A DNA stretch of 58,677 bases, counting the filler, from Jimgerdemannia flammicorona (lineage: Eukaryota), in the NCBI GenBank assembly GCA_003990765.1. It is 3 parts of 3 records of this genome, joined end to end, with 100 filler letters (N's around TTAATTAATTAA, not from the genome) between each part and the next. Parts side by side here need not be neighbours in the genome. Positions count along the whole stretch, not along the records: positions 1 to 19,498 come from RBNJ01001927.1; positions 19,599 to 39,090 come from RBNJ01001928.1; 1 more part is not named here. One strand, 5' to 3'. How positions within the stretch are numbered: position 1 is the stretch's first letter; each line of letters starts with the position of its first letter. A program made the position numbers and the translations under genes. Shown piece after piece: positions 12,306 to 25,210 of this stretch. The notes under the pieces are model-generated. The model was given only the letters and a program-made list of their open reading frames with translations. It did not search any database and was not told the origin of the DNA.

Positions 12306-13076
12306 TGTAATAACTCTCACTTTTACCCCTCTCTTATCCTTTGGATAATCAGGGAAGTGGACTATTACTTAGGGACTTAGTATACAATGTATACCAAGAA
12401 GCCTTCAGTTTGAGGAAGTACTTGCTTATAAGTAAGTGTAGCAGCAGTGCCTTCTGTTTCAAAGGTCTTTCTCTTATGCCCTATTTTGAGGGTCTTGTTC
12501 TTTGCTGTGCACAGACTGAATTCACCTTGGAATTCAGGTTTAATGGGTTTACTTAAGTCTTTGGGGATTTATATACCAGTCTCAGTTCTGGCAGAAGTTA
12601 GCTAGGCTTCTAGAGTTTAGTCAGAAATACTAGAGTTACTTAGATGTCATTACTAAGACTCAGGGGAATGTGTGTGTGCGAGGAGGGGACTTGATTCTTA
12701 TATTAAGGACTGAACTAAAACTACTTTATTTCAGATGGAAAACTAGAGGGTATTTATACAAGTTGGTCCATGATTTCTGACTAAGTATGAGTGACTAATT
12801 TGGTAACTATAATGAGGTTTATGATCATGACCTTTTGTCAGGTGGTTTTTGGTAAAAACAACTTTGTGATCAGGATCTCAATTACTAGACAATGATCAGT
12901 TGCTATGGCAACTGTTGCTGCAGCACCAATTGTTGGGGATAAGCTGGATATCATTTTTTATATCATTTTGCATTGTTCATAATTCATATGTTGTACTTTG
13001 CTTATATGGTGATGTTATTGCCACCAGGTCACGTGATCACTCATCTCGTCACATCTTATCTGTTTATTCTATTACA
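12306..13076 (-). repeat. 3' LTR of family C (771 bp)
   Basis: TGTAATA...TATTACA inverted termini; minus-strand PPT AAGAAGGGAAGGA at 13077-13089; minus-strand TATAAATA (~12755) and AATAAA (~12727); only one copy in the window. Confidence 0.8.
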
Positions 13077-13087
13077 TCCTTCCCTTC

Positions 13088-13915
13088 TTAGAAATCAACA
13101 TCCTCATTGATTCAGAAATTGAGAACCAGGAGAGAGAAAAATGGGGAATCCACCTCTGGGTTATTGCTATCTTCTTCAGTGATAGGGGGGATGGTTGCTG
13201 ATGGCTCACTATCCAGGGTAGAGAAGTCAATGAGGTCTGCAAATGGTTCTTATATGGGGGTGGGTACTGGTGTAGGGGTTCTCCATCTGATGTGGTTGGG
13301 GCCATCCAGGTAGGGTTCTTGGTCCTTATGCTGGGGGATATCTATTCAGATGGGCAGTCCTTTAAAGAGATCAGAGAGGCCTTGGAGCCATTGGTCTGAG
13401 TTGTCATTTAGGAGGGGGCTCCAGTGAGGCTCGATGTCAGTAGACTTGAGGGCAATCCAGGAATTGGCTTCTTGGGCAACCTTGATTTCTAGAGCATCAA
13501 CCTTAGGGAAAGAGAGATTCTGAAAATCCTTCAGTTGTATATAGTTGAGATTGAGGATTGCAAAGGAGACATGGCATATGATTTGATAAACTTTCTTAGC
13601 AAGTTTCTGCTCATGTCTATCCAAGTGGGTCCAGTCAGAGACTTAGTCAGTAGGGAGGCCATTTTTATGTTGGAGGAGCTGGTGGCCAATTTCATATTCA
13701 TGTCAGATCTCTAGGTGGCTGGTGGTAAGGTAGGTCCTTTCAATGAGTTCATAGCAGTCAAGGACATACTGTCCTAGGTCTGGGCTGGAGAGGTTAAGGG
13801 CCTCTGAGCAGTGGTTTCTTCCTTAGATAGTGACCTGGATGTGTCCAAAGAGGTGGTCAACTTGGCTTGGGAGGGGCTGGCTACAGCAGACAGATTGGCG
13901 GCAGGTAGCAGGCAT
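13088..13915 (-). pseudogene. Family C accessory ORF between pol and PPT (275 codons)
   Basis: One frame from MPATCRQ to a TAA overlapping the PPT; includes ORF-track 13346..13624; TATAAATA ~65 bp upstream. Confidence 0.8.
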
Positions 13916-14582
13916 TCCTGGTTTGTCTTTTCTTTATAGAGAGAGGGGGATAAGAGTTGCAGGGTATTCTTGCCTTGGATATTTATACTTATTCACCTAT
14001 CTCGTGTGATCTTCCTTTGGATACACTTTCTGGTAAAATGTATGACCTGTTGCTATAAGTGGAACATGTGCTAGTTATATGGGAAAATCCTGATTTCAAA
14101 GATATCATCACTTGTAGTTATGGTTACACAAGGTTAGCAGGTCTTGGTCCTCTTTTTTTTTATCTGGTTGGCACATTTGCGAGGACTGGCCATCCTTGTC
14201 TAGGGCAAGGGCTCCCATTGTCATGACTGGGGGTTTGAACCTCTCGGAAATAGACTTTCTTATAATCTGAGGCAATTCCTAGTAACAATATCTGTCATAT
14301 GGATGGACTTAGACTGGTTTTGACATTGTTGGCTTTCCTAAGTTCCACATGAAGCATCTGTCATCATCCAGTAGAGATGACACAGATGACATGAAATGGA
14401 GTTATTCAAATGTGTTTTGCTATACTATGCTAGATGGTTCTTTTACTCGAGTATCTTCTGGTTGGCTATTCATAGTGTTCCTTTTTCTTGCCACAATGTT
14501 TGGTATTATATGTTTGAGATAAGATATATAGTATCCTTCTTCTCACTGTATGCTCCAATATTTAGAGCTGTAGTTCCTTCCT

Positions 14583-17500
14583 TTAGTAGGGAGTGAGTAT
14601 TTCTACATAGTTCTGGAGGGCTTCACATGTATTCTTCAGAGCTTCTTCTTTTTCCCAGATGGTGTCATGGGTGGGGTAACCCTTCCACTTGATCAGAAAA
14701 AACTGCTTGACTGTTTTGGGGTATTTGCAGACCTTGTGGTCCAGTACTTCCTCAATTTCGAATTTCTCATGATCATTGATCCAAATTGGGGATGGTGGTG
14801 GAACTGTACACTCGGAGAATAGATTCTCATGGTAGTCCACTAATTGGCTGATATGGAATACTGGGTGTACTCAGATATTGTTGGGGAGTTGCAACTTATA
14901 GTTGACTTTGCATGATCTTGTATGGTCCAATTCTTCTAGCATGGAGTTTCTTGGCTGATTGTTATACTAGAGTGTCTGGGTGGAGGTGGTCTGTTCTAAG
15001 CATAACCATGTCACCAATATTGTAGGAGGCTTCTCTTCACTTCAAGTTTGCATACTTGGTCTGATAGTCTTGTACTTCTATGAGAGCATCTCTTGTCATT
15101 CACATAAGATCAGAAATGGTCTCCATCAGATCTTAGGCTGCTGGAACTACTGATTTCACAGTAGTACTTGGGGTCCTTGGGTGTTGACCATGGTTCAGAA
15201 AGAATGGAGTCTTCTTTGTAGAGGTTTGCTAACTGTTGTTATAGGCAAACTTGGTATAGGCTAGGTACTTGTCTCAATCATTTTGCTTGTAACAGTAAAA
15301 GATGCTAAGCATCTGTTTAAGAGTTCTGTTAGTTTACTTGGTTTGGCCATCAGTCTGAGGGTGGTAGGCAGTAGAGAACTTCAGCTTGGAGAGAAAAATG
15401 CCTTCCAGAAGTTGCTTGTGAACTTGGCATCTCAGTCAGATACAATAGAACTAGGTATACCATATAGCCTAAATACTTGATTGAGGAAAATCTCAGCAAT
15501 CTCTGGTGCTGTAGCAGTGATCTTGGTTGGTGCAAAATAGGCTTACTTACTTAGGCAGTCCATGAATACCACAATGGCATTCCATCCTACCTTGGTTTTG
15601 GGGAGTTGGACAATGAAGTCCATTGCAATCTAATCCCAGTTATGGCTCAGGATAGGTAAGAGTTGCAGGAGTCCTGCTGGTAGCTTGTTACCACTTTTAA
15701 ATCTTTAGCACATCTTGCATGAGACCACAAAGTCTTTGATGTCCTTGGTCATCTTTGGCCAGTAAAACTCTCTTGAGAGGAGGTTGTAGGTCTTTTCGAA
15801 ACCAAAATGTCCTGCCACAGGAGTGTCATGGAGTTCCTGCATGATCTTGAGTCACAGAGTATCATTGTTGAATACAACTACTCTATTATGGTCTCTGTAG
15901 ATAAGTCCATTATGGTAAGTGAATCTCTTGACCATTTGCCTCATGGGTTCTAGGACCTCAGCTTCTGGGTCTTGGCAGAATTGAAGGAATTTTGCCAGGG
16001 GGCTATCTTGCTGGTAGTCATCCTTGATCATTTGGGTAAGATCTCCAATTATCTTGATCATGAAGATAAGTTCATCTTCCATATACCTGGAGAAACCATC
16101 AGCCACATGGTTGGTTTTGCCTGGGATATACTTGATTTCCATATCGAAGTTAGCAATGATTTCCATCCAGCAGACTTGTCTGTGGGTCAGCATAGACTGT
16201 GTGTAAATATACCGTAGTACATGGTGATCAGTATAGGCCACAAATGGCTGTCCTAGGAGAAAATGGTGCCATTCCTGAAGTGAAGTAACAATGGCCAGGA
16301 GTTCTTTCTCATGGGTAGTGTACTGGGTCTCAGCTGGCTTGAGCTTCTGGGAAAAGTAGGCTACTGAGCAGTCTTCTTGGCTGAGTACTGCTCTAATAGC
16401 AATGTCAGAGGCATCTGTGGTCAGGGTGAATGGTCTGGTAGAGTCAGGTGCAATTAGCACTGGAGCCTCAGTAAGGAGTCTCTTGAGATGGTCTATAGCC
16501 AGAGTGCATTCAGGGGTCTATTCAGTTTTGATGTTCACTCCTTTGCAGGCCAGGCTGGTCAGTGGGGCTGCAATAGCAGAGTATCCTTGAATAAACCTTC
16601 AGTAATACCTGGCAATACCCAGAAAGTACTGGAGTAGCTTGAGGGTTGTGGGGATAGAGATATCCTTAAGAGCTGATATCTTTCAGAGGTCTACATTGAT
16701 ACCTTCAGCAGAGATGATGTGTCCTAGATATTCAATCTGGTCCTGATAGAACTTGCACTTGCTCATCTTGGTATAGAGCTGGTGTTCTTACAGAAGGGTC
16801 AGTACCTGTCTGAGGTGGGTGTAGTGTAGCTCCACTGTCTCACTGTAGATTAGTATATCATCAATATATATAAGAACACAGATGTTGAGGAGTGGTCCAA
16901 AGATGTCATTCATCAGATACTGGAATGTTGCTGGTGTATTAGTCAATTCAAAAGACATGACTCAGAACTGATAGTATCTAAACTATGTTCAGAAAGCTGT
17001 CTTCTCAATGTCCTTTTCATCAATGAGAATCTAGTGATAGCTATTTCACAAGTCTAGTAGGGAAAAGGTCTTGGCCTTGAAGATTTGGTATAGCAACTTG
17101 TCAATTCTAGGTAAGGCATACTGGTTCTTGATGGTGATCTTGTTGAGGGCCCTGTATTTAATACATATTTGCAGAGAGCCATTCTTCTTCTTGACAAATA
17201 GAATAGGGGCTCCAAATGGAGAGCAGCTGAGTTCAATGTATTCTTGGGCCAGTAGTTTGGTCAACTCATCCTTGAGGGTCTTGAGTTCAGGTTAGGCCAG
17301 TTGGTAGATACTTTTGTATGTGGGTTCAGATCCTGGAATAAGATCAATTCCATGTTGGATTTGGTACTTGGGTGGGAGTCCTTGGGGGTCTTGGAATACA
17401 TCTTGGAATTCTTTGAACAGTTCTTGAGCTTCTGTTGGGATTGGGCTACTTGTAGCTTCAGTGACTTCTTGTACTATATAGATGAAATAGGTGTTTCCCT

Positions 17501-18000
17501 TTTTTCAAAAGAGTCTCTTCATTTGAATGGTAGAGATGATTTTGATTTCTTGATGGTTGGTATCTTCCTGGGGTGTCAGGGTGATCTTTCTGCCTTCATG
17601 GGTCAGATTAACCTCATTGGTTCTCTAGTTGATGTCTGGGTTATGCTGGGTCAACTAGGTTTTTTCTAAGATAATGTCTTATCCTGGGAGGTCTATAATG
17701 CTGAAGTCCAACTTCTCTTGATATTTGCCAATCTTGAGCAGGAGATCCTCACAGATCTTGGTCAATGGTGTAGTTTTTCCATCACCAAAGATAACACTTC
17801 TTTTCTCAGTGGCTGGTCTGCTTCGGGCTCCAATTCTCTTAGTGGTCTTTATGCTGATATAGTTTCCAGTAGCACTGCTATCAAGCAAGATATTGACATT
17901 CTGTCTGTGGACTTGGCCTGTGAACTTGATGCAACTGTCCTCCTTCTTGATGGTGTTGAGCTCTTCATCTTCATTGTTATTGTCCCAATTGCTGTCAGTC
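14583..18000 (-). pseudogene. pol: Family C pol (PR-RT-RNaseH-IN-chromodomain)
   Basis: ORF-track fragments 17679..17888, 17046..17264, 15852..16460, 14583..14840 carry the canonical motifs. Confidence 0.92.
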
Positions 18001-18259
18001 TCCTCTAAGTCAGTTTCTCCCCATCCTTCATAAGGAGAGTTGTCTTGTTTGGGTTCTTCAGTCTATTGAGCTTGGCATTTCTTGGATTGAATTTTGAAAA
18101 CTTTGGAGAGGCATATATAGCATTCACCAACATGTTCCATGCAGTATATTCGAATAGAATGAGGGCATCATCTATATGGTGCATAACCATCTGCAATTCT
18201 CTTATACCAGTTTTCATCATCTTCCTTCATAGTAGTGACCTTTTGACTGGGAGATTTGT

Positions 18260-18680
18260 TGGTTGATCCAAACTCTTTCTTGCCATAGTCTGTCTGGAAG
18301 AGTTCAGAGACTTCTTCAATGGTGAGATCTTGATGGATTTCTTCAATGATTGCTTGGACAATTCTTTGGCCTATTTTGACTTCAAATGATGTGTCTCCAA
18401 AATTTTGCAGGATAATATGGATTTCGCCAGTAAATTCTTGATCAACTACTCCTCCTTTTAGCCCAATATTGAACTCTTTGACTAGGCTGCTTTGCTCAGC
18501 AAGGTGGATGTATATACCTTTGGGAGCTTGCATTGCAATCTCTGTTCACACTGTAGTATTGGTACTTGGTGGAATTGTGAGGTCTTGGCTGCTGTAGAGG
18601 TCATATCCAGCATTGGTTGGGTGGGCCTTAGTGGGGATGGTAGCCTTGTACCATATCTTCTGTACTTTGATGACATTCTT
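18260..18680 (-). pseudogene. dut: dUTPase domain of family C (between gag knuckle and protease)
   Basis: NAGYDLYS, QSSLV, GGVVDQEFTGEI, GQRIVQAI, YGKKEFGST. Confidence 0.9.
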
Positions 18681-19350
18681 GGGGTTCTTTTTTCCTGGAC
18701 CTTCTCCAATAACCGTAATGTTCTGATTACTAGGTTCACCTGCTCTGTTCTTCTTCTCAGGGCATCTGAATGAGATGTATCCTGCCTTTTTGCAGATGAA
18801 GCACAATCCTTTTTCATGGAGCTGCTTCTTTTCATCCTCAGTGGGAGGTCTGGGTCCTCTGGGGTTTCGCTGGTTCCTTTGATCATTCCTTTGATTATAT
18901 CTTTGGTCATTCCTTTGATCATATCTTTTGGTAGGATTCTTCCTATCTTAGTTATCCTTCTTGTATTCTTTATTTTGTAGGGCTTATGCAGCAAGGATTT
19001 TACAGGCTCTTCTTTGTACTTGAGCAAAACACCATGAGTAGTGGGGGCATCCTTGGGGAAGATCTTATTCCTTGATCTTCTGGGTGAGCCAGTCTGGTAG
19101 GGCTGCAAACAGATAGTTGGCTCTGGTACCATTGATGGCCAAGTTGTTCTCCTGGTATATAAGTCCAACAGTTTTGAGGTAAGCATCCATTCTGGTGGCA
19201 AAGGTCTCTAGATCCTCTTCACCATTCTTGTGGAACTTCATCTGGGAGAGCTTGTTCCAAGTTTCTTATATATAGGCTGTATTTTGGAATTTAGTCAGTA
19301 GCAAGGCCTTGAGTCCTGGGCCTGCTTTATAGTCATCCCAATCTGATCTA

Positions 19351-19498
19351 TTTTTTTTTTTTTTTTTATAGTCACTTGGACTCCGCCTTTATTACCAGTC
19401 TATGAATAAATATATATCATTCCAACCCACTATCCAATCCCCACTGGGGGGCCCCTCCCTACTTTCTCACGAATGAAAATCACCCTTTCTCCAACTAC
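19351..19498 (-). mobile_element. LINE 3' end with poly(A), interrupting family C gag
   Basis: Poly-T 19351-19367 then ATAGTCACTTGG; minus-strand AATAAA just upstream of the tail; same terminus at 26351-26395. Confidence 0.7.
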
Positions 19499-19598
19499 NN
19501 NNNNNNNNNNNNNNNNNNNNNNNNNNNNNNNNNNNNNNNNNNTTAATTAATTAANNNNNNNNNNNNNNNNNNNNNNNNNNNNNNNNNNNNNNNNNNNN
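19499..19598. other. Scaffold gap with artificial TTAATTAATTAA spacer
   Basis: N44-TTAATTAATTAA-N44; identical structure at 39091-39190. Confidence 0.97.
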
Positions 19599-19980
19599 CC
19601 CCCTCCCTAGGCTCGCCTTGCCCTTCCCCTCAGCAGCACCAGCCCTTCCCCCAGCTGGCCACCCACTCCCCTTGACCTTGTCTGCAAAGCTCGGGAGCCC
19701 AGACTTTCCCCCATTGTCGCCAGCCGACCCTTGCCCACCAGCCCTGTCTCCTCCTCCACCACGTCCTCCTGCCAGCAGGCCCCTCATGCTTCCCCCCAAG
19801 CCAGGACCCCTCCCCACATTCTGCCATTCGAACGCTCCAGGGCCTCCCTGCCCAGTACGCACCTCCGGATGCTCGTTGGTTACCATGAAACTAGTAGCTT
19901 TTCTCCAGAAACTGTGTCGAAAGTGTTGCCAAAGGGTTGTGTAACCTGAATGTTACCGGAGAAAGATGGAGGGTTGTCTG
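19599..19980 (-). mobile_element. LINE 5' end and ORF1 start (young, CpG-retaining)
   Basis: SFADKVKGSGWPAG..AEGKGKASLGRG matches SFVDKVKVSEWPAR..AEGKDKASIERG at 41054-41320. Confidence 0.65.
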
Positions 19981-21114
19981 TCTGTATCAGTACCTCAAGT
20001 AGTACCAGTAATACCACTACCAGCAGTCCAACTGCCTCCAGTAAACAATATGGCAAACCAACAGATTCTAGACCTCATAGCCCAGGTAGCCATAATGGCA
20101 GCAACCATTACTGTCTTAGCTGAACAGACCTGACCTACCAAAAATCTGAGCCTACCTACCTTCAATAGTACTGCACAAGAAGTCCAAAGCTTCATTAGTG
20201 TAGTTGACACCAACTTCGAAGCCAATCAATAGACTAATGAGCAAGTTGCTGACCACATTCTGACAAACAATCAAGACCACACTCTGGAACAACTCTTTGC
20301 TACCACTACAGCCTATGTCTACTGAGTTGTTACATTCTTCTGAGGACCTGCCGAAGAATGGTGGTGAACCTTTCCTGAAAAACCCCTTATATGGGATACC
20401 TGACCTACAGTAGTTGCTCAGAATGCAGCAAACAATGCCCCAGAATATGGAGCCCATCCTGCAGCCCCTGGACTCAAACAACTCATAATTGCCCAATACC
20501 ACAGTGAAACCATGATTGCTGAATCCCGAGTAAAACTCTGCAACCTCAAATTCGATATATATAGCAAAGAAGAATTTGAAACCTTCTATACAAAACTCGA
20601 GTCACTCCTGAACACTGTTGGCCTAGGATACATTGCCAATGATGAAGCATGAAATGATACAAGAGCAGATCACTTATTCGATGCCCTGCCCAAATGGCTT
20701 ACTAGAAAAATCTGAGAACAAGGCCGCCCAGTTGGTTGTGACTACCAACAATGGTGCCTGGCAAGAATCAAGACTATGGTCAAGCGAATCCTAACAGCTG
20801 GACCAATTCTGCCTCGAAGACAATGCAACAACAAGGAAAAGACTTGGACCAAGAAAGAAGAACCCAAGTATGAAGCATCCTGAGTTCCCTTTACATCCAC
20901 CTCTTGAATACCTAGAAATCATGAACCCACCCAGCCAAGTACCTTTAAGAAACTTACTGAAGGCAAAAGGAATGAACTTTGAAGAAGTGGAGCATGCTTC
21001 TATTGCCGAAAGACAGGACACATGGCCAGTGCCTGCCCTAACCAAAAACCCTGAACAGCAACAAGAGCAACTGTTACCACTCTGCACCACCTCAACAACC
21101 TGACCACCAGAATA

Positions 21115-21525
21115 CTAGACTTTGTGAAGTTAAGACAAACTGCTAAGGCCCCAATCAAAGAAAGCCCAAAAGCAGCTGGATATGATCTGTATGCAGCCGA
21201 AGAAGCTACAGTCTCCAACTGAGAAGTCAAACAAGTCTATATAGGAATCAGCATCCAGATCCCTGAAGGACATGTTGAAAGAATATGCTGTTGCAGCAGC
21301 CTAATATTGAAAGGACTGTCAGTAGAAGGAGGAGTTATCGATGAAGATTATACAGGTGAAATTATTGTCCTCATCCGAAACCATAGTTGGACACTCTTCA
21401 AGATCCCTATTGAGTTCTGCATTACCCAGATCCTATTTGAAAAAATCAAGTCAACCCTGACAATCAAGGAAGTCCCTGAACTACTGCCTACCATCTGAGG
21501 ATCCAAAGGATTTGGCTCATCAAAC
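21115..21525 (+). pseudogene. dut: dUTPase domain of copy A2
   Basis: AAGYDLYAAE, GGVIDEDYTGEI, ITQIL, *GSKGFGSS; directly after the gag CCHC knuckle. Confidence 0.9.
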
Positions 21526-21739
21526 AAGGCCCCAACTCAACCTACCATGAGCAAAGAAGAACAATTCTACAAAAAGATCGAAGATAGATATGTACCAAGT
21601 GGCTGATGCCCCCATGGCATTGGAATATACTCTTCCCGAATGATTGATGATTGCTTCTCTTGTATCAATGAACTGGCTCAAAGAAGAACCAATAGAAGGA
21701 AAGCTCCTACAACTAAAATCACCACCATTGGATCAGACA

Positions 21740-24700
21740 AACTGCTCACACTTAAGGCTTTTGTCAACTGAGCACCTGTCAAGATTATGATAGACAGTGG
21801 TGCCTCAGACAACTTCATCAATGAAGAGACAGCCAACAGACTCAAGGTCTTCACCTCTCCAGTACAGCAAACTCAAGCAGTTGCTACAGCTGATGGAACC
21901 TCACATATTATTAGCAAGGAAGTCTGCAACCTACTCTTCTGAATTGGTGACTACTGAGTACATATTACTCTCCAAATCATACCACTTCCTAACAATAAAA
22001 TCATCCTTGAGACTCCATGGTTAAAATAAGATAACCCCATGATTGATTGGGTAAACCATTCTCTGACCATCAAGAAAGGATGCCACAATTTCAAACTGTA
22101 AGGCAAAAAGGACCCACTTAATTCTAGTGACCCTGGGCCAAAGATCACCCACATCAACAAGCTACAACTTAAGAAATTGGCCAAGAAATGTCCTCTCTTT
22201 GCCATCTCCATCTGCCTATCCAAAGGAGAACCTGAGAACTCTAAAGAATATTTTTCCAAAGTTGACAGCTATGTCAGACCATTACTCTAGAAATTTTGAG
22301 ACATATTCCCAAAGAAACTCCCGAAAGGCCTACCTCCTAAACGAGTAGTAGACCATACCATTAAGACTATCCCAGATGCCAAACCAGCCTTCAAGTCAAT
22401 CTACCACATGTCTCCGAGAGAAATCAATGCACTCAAGAAAGAAATTAACGAACTCCTAGAACAAGGATTCATCAGACCTAGCATATTACCTTATGGTGTA
22501 TCAATCCTATTTGTTGTCAAGAAAGGAAGAGACCTGCAAATGTGTATTGACTACTGTGATCTCAATGAACAGACCATCAAGAACTGTTGCCTACTACTGA
22601 GGATCGATGAAATATTCGATAGACTTACCAACCCACAATTTATGAGCTCTTTTGACCTGTGAAATGGCTATTGGCAAATTGCTATGAAAGAAGAAGATAT
22701 CTACAAGACAGCTTTTCAAACTCGCTATGGACACTTCAAGTTCCTGGTTATGCCCTTTGGCTTAACTAATGCTCCAGCAACCTTCCAGATACTGATGAAT
22801 ACCATTCTGCATCCATACCTGGACAAATTCATTGTTGTCTACATTGATGACATCCTAGTCTTCAGCAAAATCCTGGAGGAACATCTTGAACACCTTGAAC
22901 TAGTACTACTGAAACTCTGAGAAAACCGACTCTTTGCAAAACTCAGCAAGTGCAAATTTCTCCTGAAAGAAATTCAATTCCTTGGACATATTGTCACTTC
23001 AAATAGAATCAAAGTGGACCCCAGCAAAATCTCTGCAATCAAGGATTGGCCCAGACCCAAGAAGCTGAAAGACCTCTAGTCATTCCTGAGATTAGCAAAC
23101 TATTACAGGTGATTTGTTGCCAACTTTGCTAAAATCACTACCACCCTCACCCAAATGATCAAGCATAGCAAGAAACAAGAACAACCCTGGACCATAAAAC
23201 AAGAGAAAGACTTCAACAATCTTATAACTTAGGGATCTGAGCAAGATACCACCTTTCAAGCACTAAAGGATGCCCTGATAACCACTCCAGTACTTCAAGC
23301 AGCAAACCCTGTACTACTATATGAAGTTACCACTGATGCCTCTGACCTAGCCCTTGGAGCAGTACTCATGCAAGAAGGACACCCTGTGGCCTATCACTCC
23401 TGCAAGTTCAATGATGCTGAAATTAACTATGCAACCTATGAGAAGGAAATGCTAGCCATTGTAGATACTCTGATCAAATGGCGACCCTACCTAGAAGGAG
23501 CACACTTCACCATATTGACTGACCACAAATCATTAGTCAATATCAAGACACAGGCTATTCTTTCTCAAAAGCAAGTCAGATGGATGAAAGTCCTCACCAA
23601 CTTTGACTACAAAATCCAGTACCGCCCTGGCAAGGAAAATATTGTTGCTGATACAATCTCCAGACCACCAATTGAAGAGGTTATCCAAACTCTCACCTTA
23701 GTTACAAACTCCATCATGGAACAAATTATCACAGTATGTGCTGATGATAAGGAAGCTCAAGTACTGCGAGAAATCCTGAATAGTGATGATGCCAACAAGC
23801 ATATACAGTATCATCAATACCAACTAAAGGACAATGCTATCTACTACAAAGACAGACTATATGTCCCAAACAACTGAGACCTCCAAAGGACTATCCTATT
23901 CGAATGTCATGATGCTCCTATAGCTGGACATTTAGGATTTGATAAATGTTATGAAGTTATCTCCCGAAACTTCTATTGGCTCCACATGGCAGATTAGCTC
24001 AAAACCTATATCACTTTCTGTGATGCCTGCCAAAGAAACAAGTCCTCAACACTTAGCAAAACCTGGCTTACTTCACCCTATCCCAGTACTATCTGTGAAT
24101 TGGGAACAAATCTCTATGGACTTCATTGTACAACTACCCCAAACCAGGAACAGGAAAGATGCAATTGTTGTCTTTGTGGACTATCTCAGCAAACAAGCCC
24201 ACTTTGTGCCTACTACCACTACTGCAACAGCACCAGACATAGCCACACTCTTGTTTGACAACATCTTCCGCTATCATGGTCTTCCTAAGATCATTGTTAG
24301 TGACCGAGACCTGAAATTTACCAGCTATTTTTGGAAAGCCCTCCATACACACCTTGGAACAAAACTTGCACTATCCACAGCCTTTTACCCAGAAACTGAT
24401 GGCCAAACTGAAAGAATGAACTGAACTCTGGAACAAATGCTAAGGAGCTATATTTTCTACAGACAAGATGACTGACATAAACACCTCACCACAGTTGAGT
24501 TTGCCTATAACAATAGCAAGCAAGCCTCTCTCGGAATGACTCCATTCTTTGCCAACACTGGACAAAACCCAAACACCCCTTTGATACTTATCCGAACAAC
24601 TGAAGAACCCTCCACAGTCAAAGCTGTTGAAGAATTCTTACTTCAAATATGCAATCTAAGCCAGATTGCCATTGAGAATTTATCATGAGCTCAAGAACAA

Positions 24701-24922
24701 CAGTTACAGTATGTTAACCAATACTGCTGAGAAGAAATCTTTGATATTGGGGAAAAAGTTCTACTAGACATCAGAGGATACCGAGTTGACAACCTCAAGC
24801 ACAGACCATCTATAAAACTGAACAGTAAGTTTATTGGACCATTTGAAGTTATTGCATAAGTCTCTCTAACCTCCTACAAATTGGTACTACCAGATACCAT
24901 TAAGATTCACCTAGTCTTTAAT
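21740..24922 (+). pseudogene. pol: pol of copy A2 (PR-RT-RNaseH-IN)
   Basis: [59 protein letters not shown]. Confidence 0.95.
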
Positions 24923-25210
24923 TGTAAGTGCACAACCTCTAAGCCACCGAAATTACATGTCACCCTCTGAACAAGCCACTGAAATCTCACATGACCTCTG
25001 AACAAATCCGGAAATCACCTGCTTGATCATGAAGCTGAGTCAAACCGAAGTCACAGCGCACAAAGCTGAGTCAATACGAAGTCACAGAACACAAGATTTA
25101 CACAAACAGAATCTTACCAATCAGGACCAAATGCATATATACTGAACACTGAGACATGTTGAATCAGAGAACCAAAACAAATAATAACCACAACTTTCAA
25201 ACACACAAAC

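Larger units (their letters stand above)
12306..19350 (-). mobile_element. Gypsy (chromoviral) family C: gag - dUTPase - Cys/His motif - PR - RT - RNaseH - IN - chromodomain - accessory ORF - PPT - LTR; 5' end not visible
   Basis: CFICKKAGY..C knuckle, LLDSSATGNYI protease, [13 protein letters not shown] and YIDD RT, LTTDASD..HEKELLA RNase H, FEIEEVLDH..FLIKWKGY chromodomain. Confidence 0.92.

Noticed and set aside
11056..12310. Long ORFs of 360-400 aa (CPS/LPI/AHL repeats; Gly-X-Y collagen-like on the minus strand)
   Set aside because: All frames are open because the 9-bp unit lacks stops; translations drift between repeat types, as expected of a non-coding minisatellite
12369..12382. TAGGGACTTAG as the outer end of the long inverted repeat (matching ~8170)
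   Set aside because: Lies inside the family C LTR defined by TGTAATA at 12306; likely chance
19543..19554. TTAATTAATTAA palindrome (also 39135-39146)
   Set aside because: Centred in identical N runs; an assembly spacer with stops in all six frames
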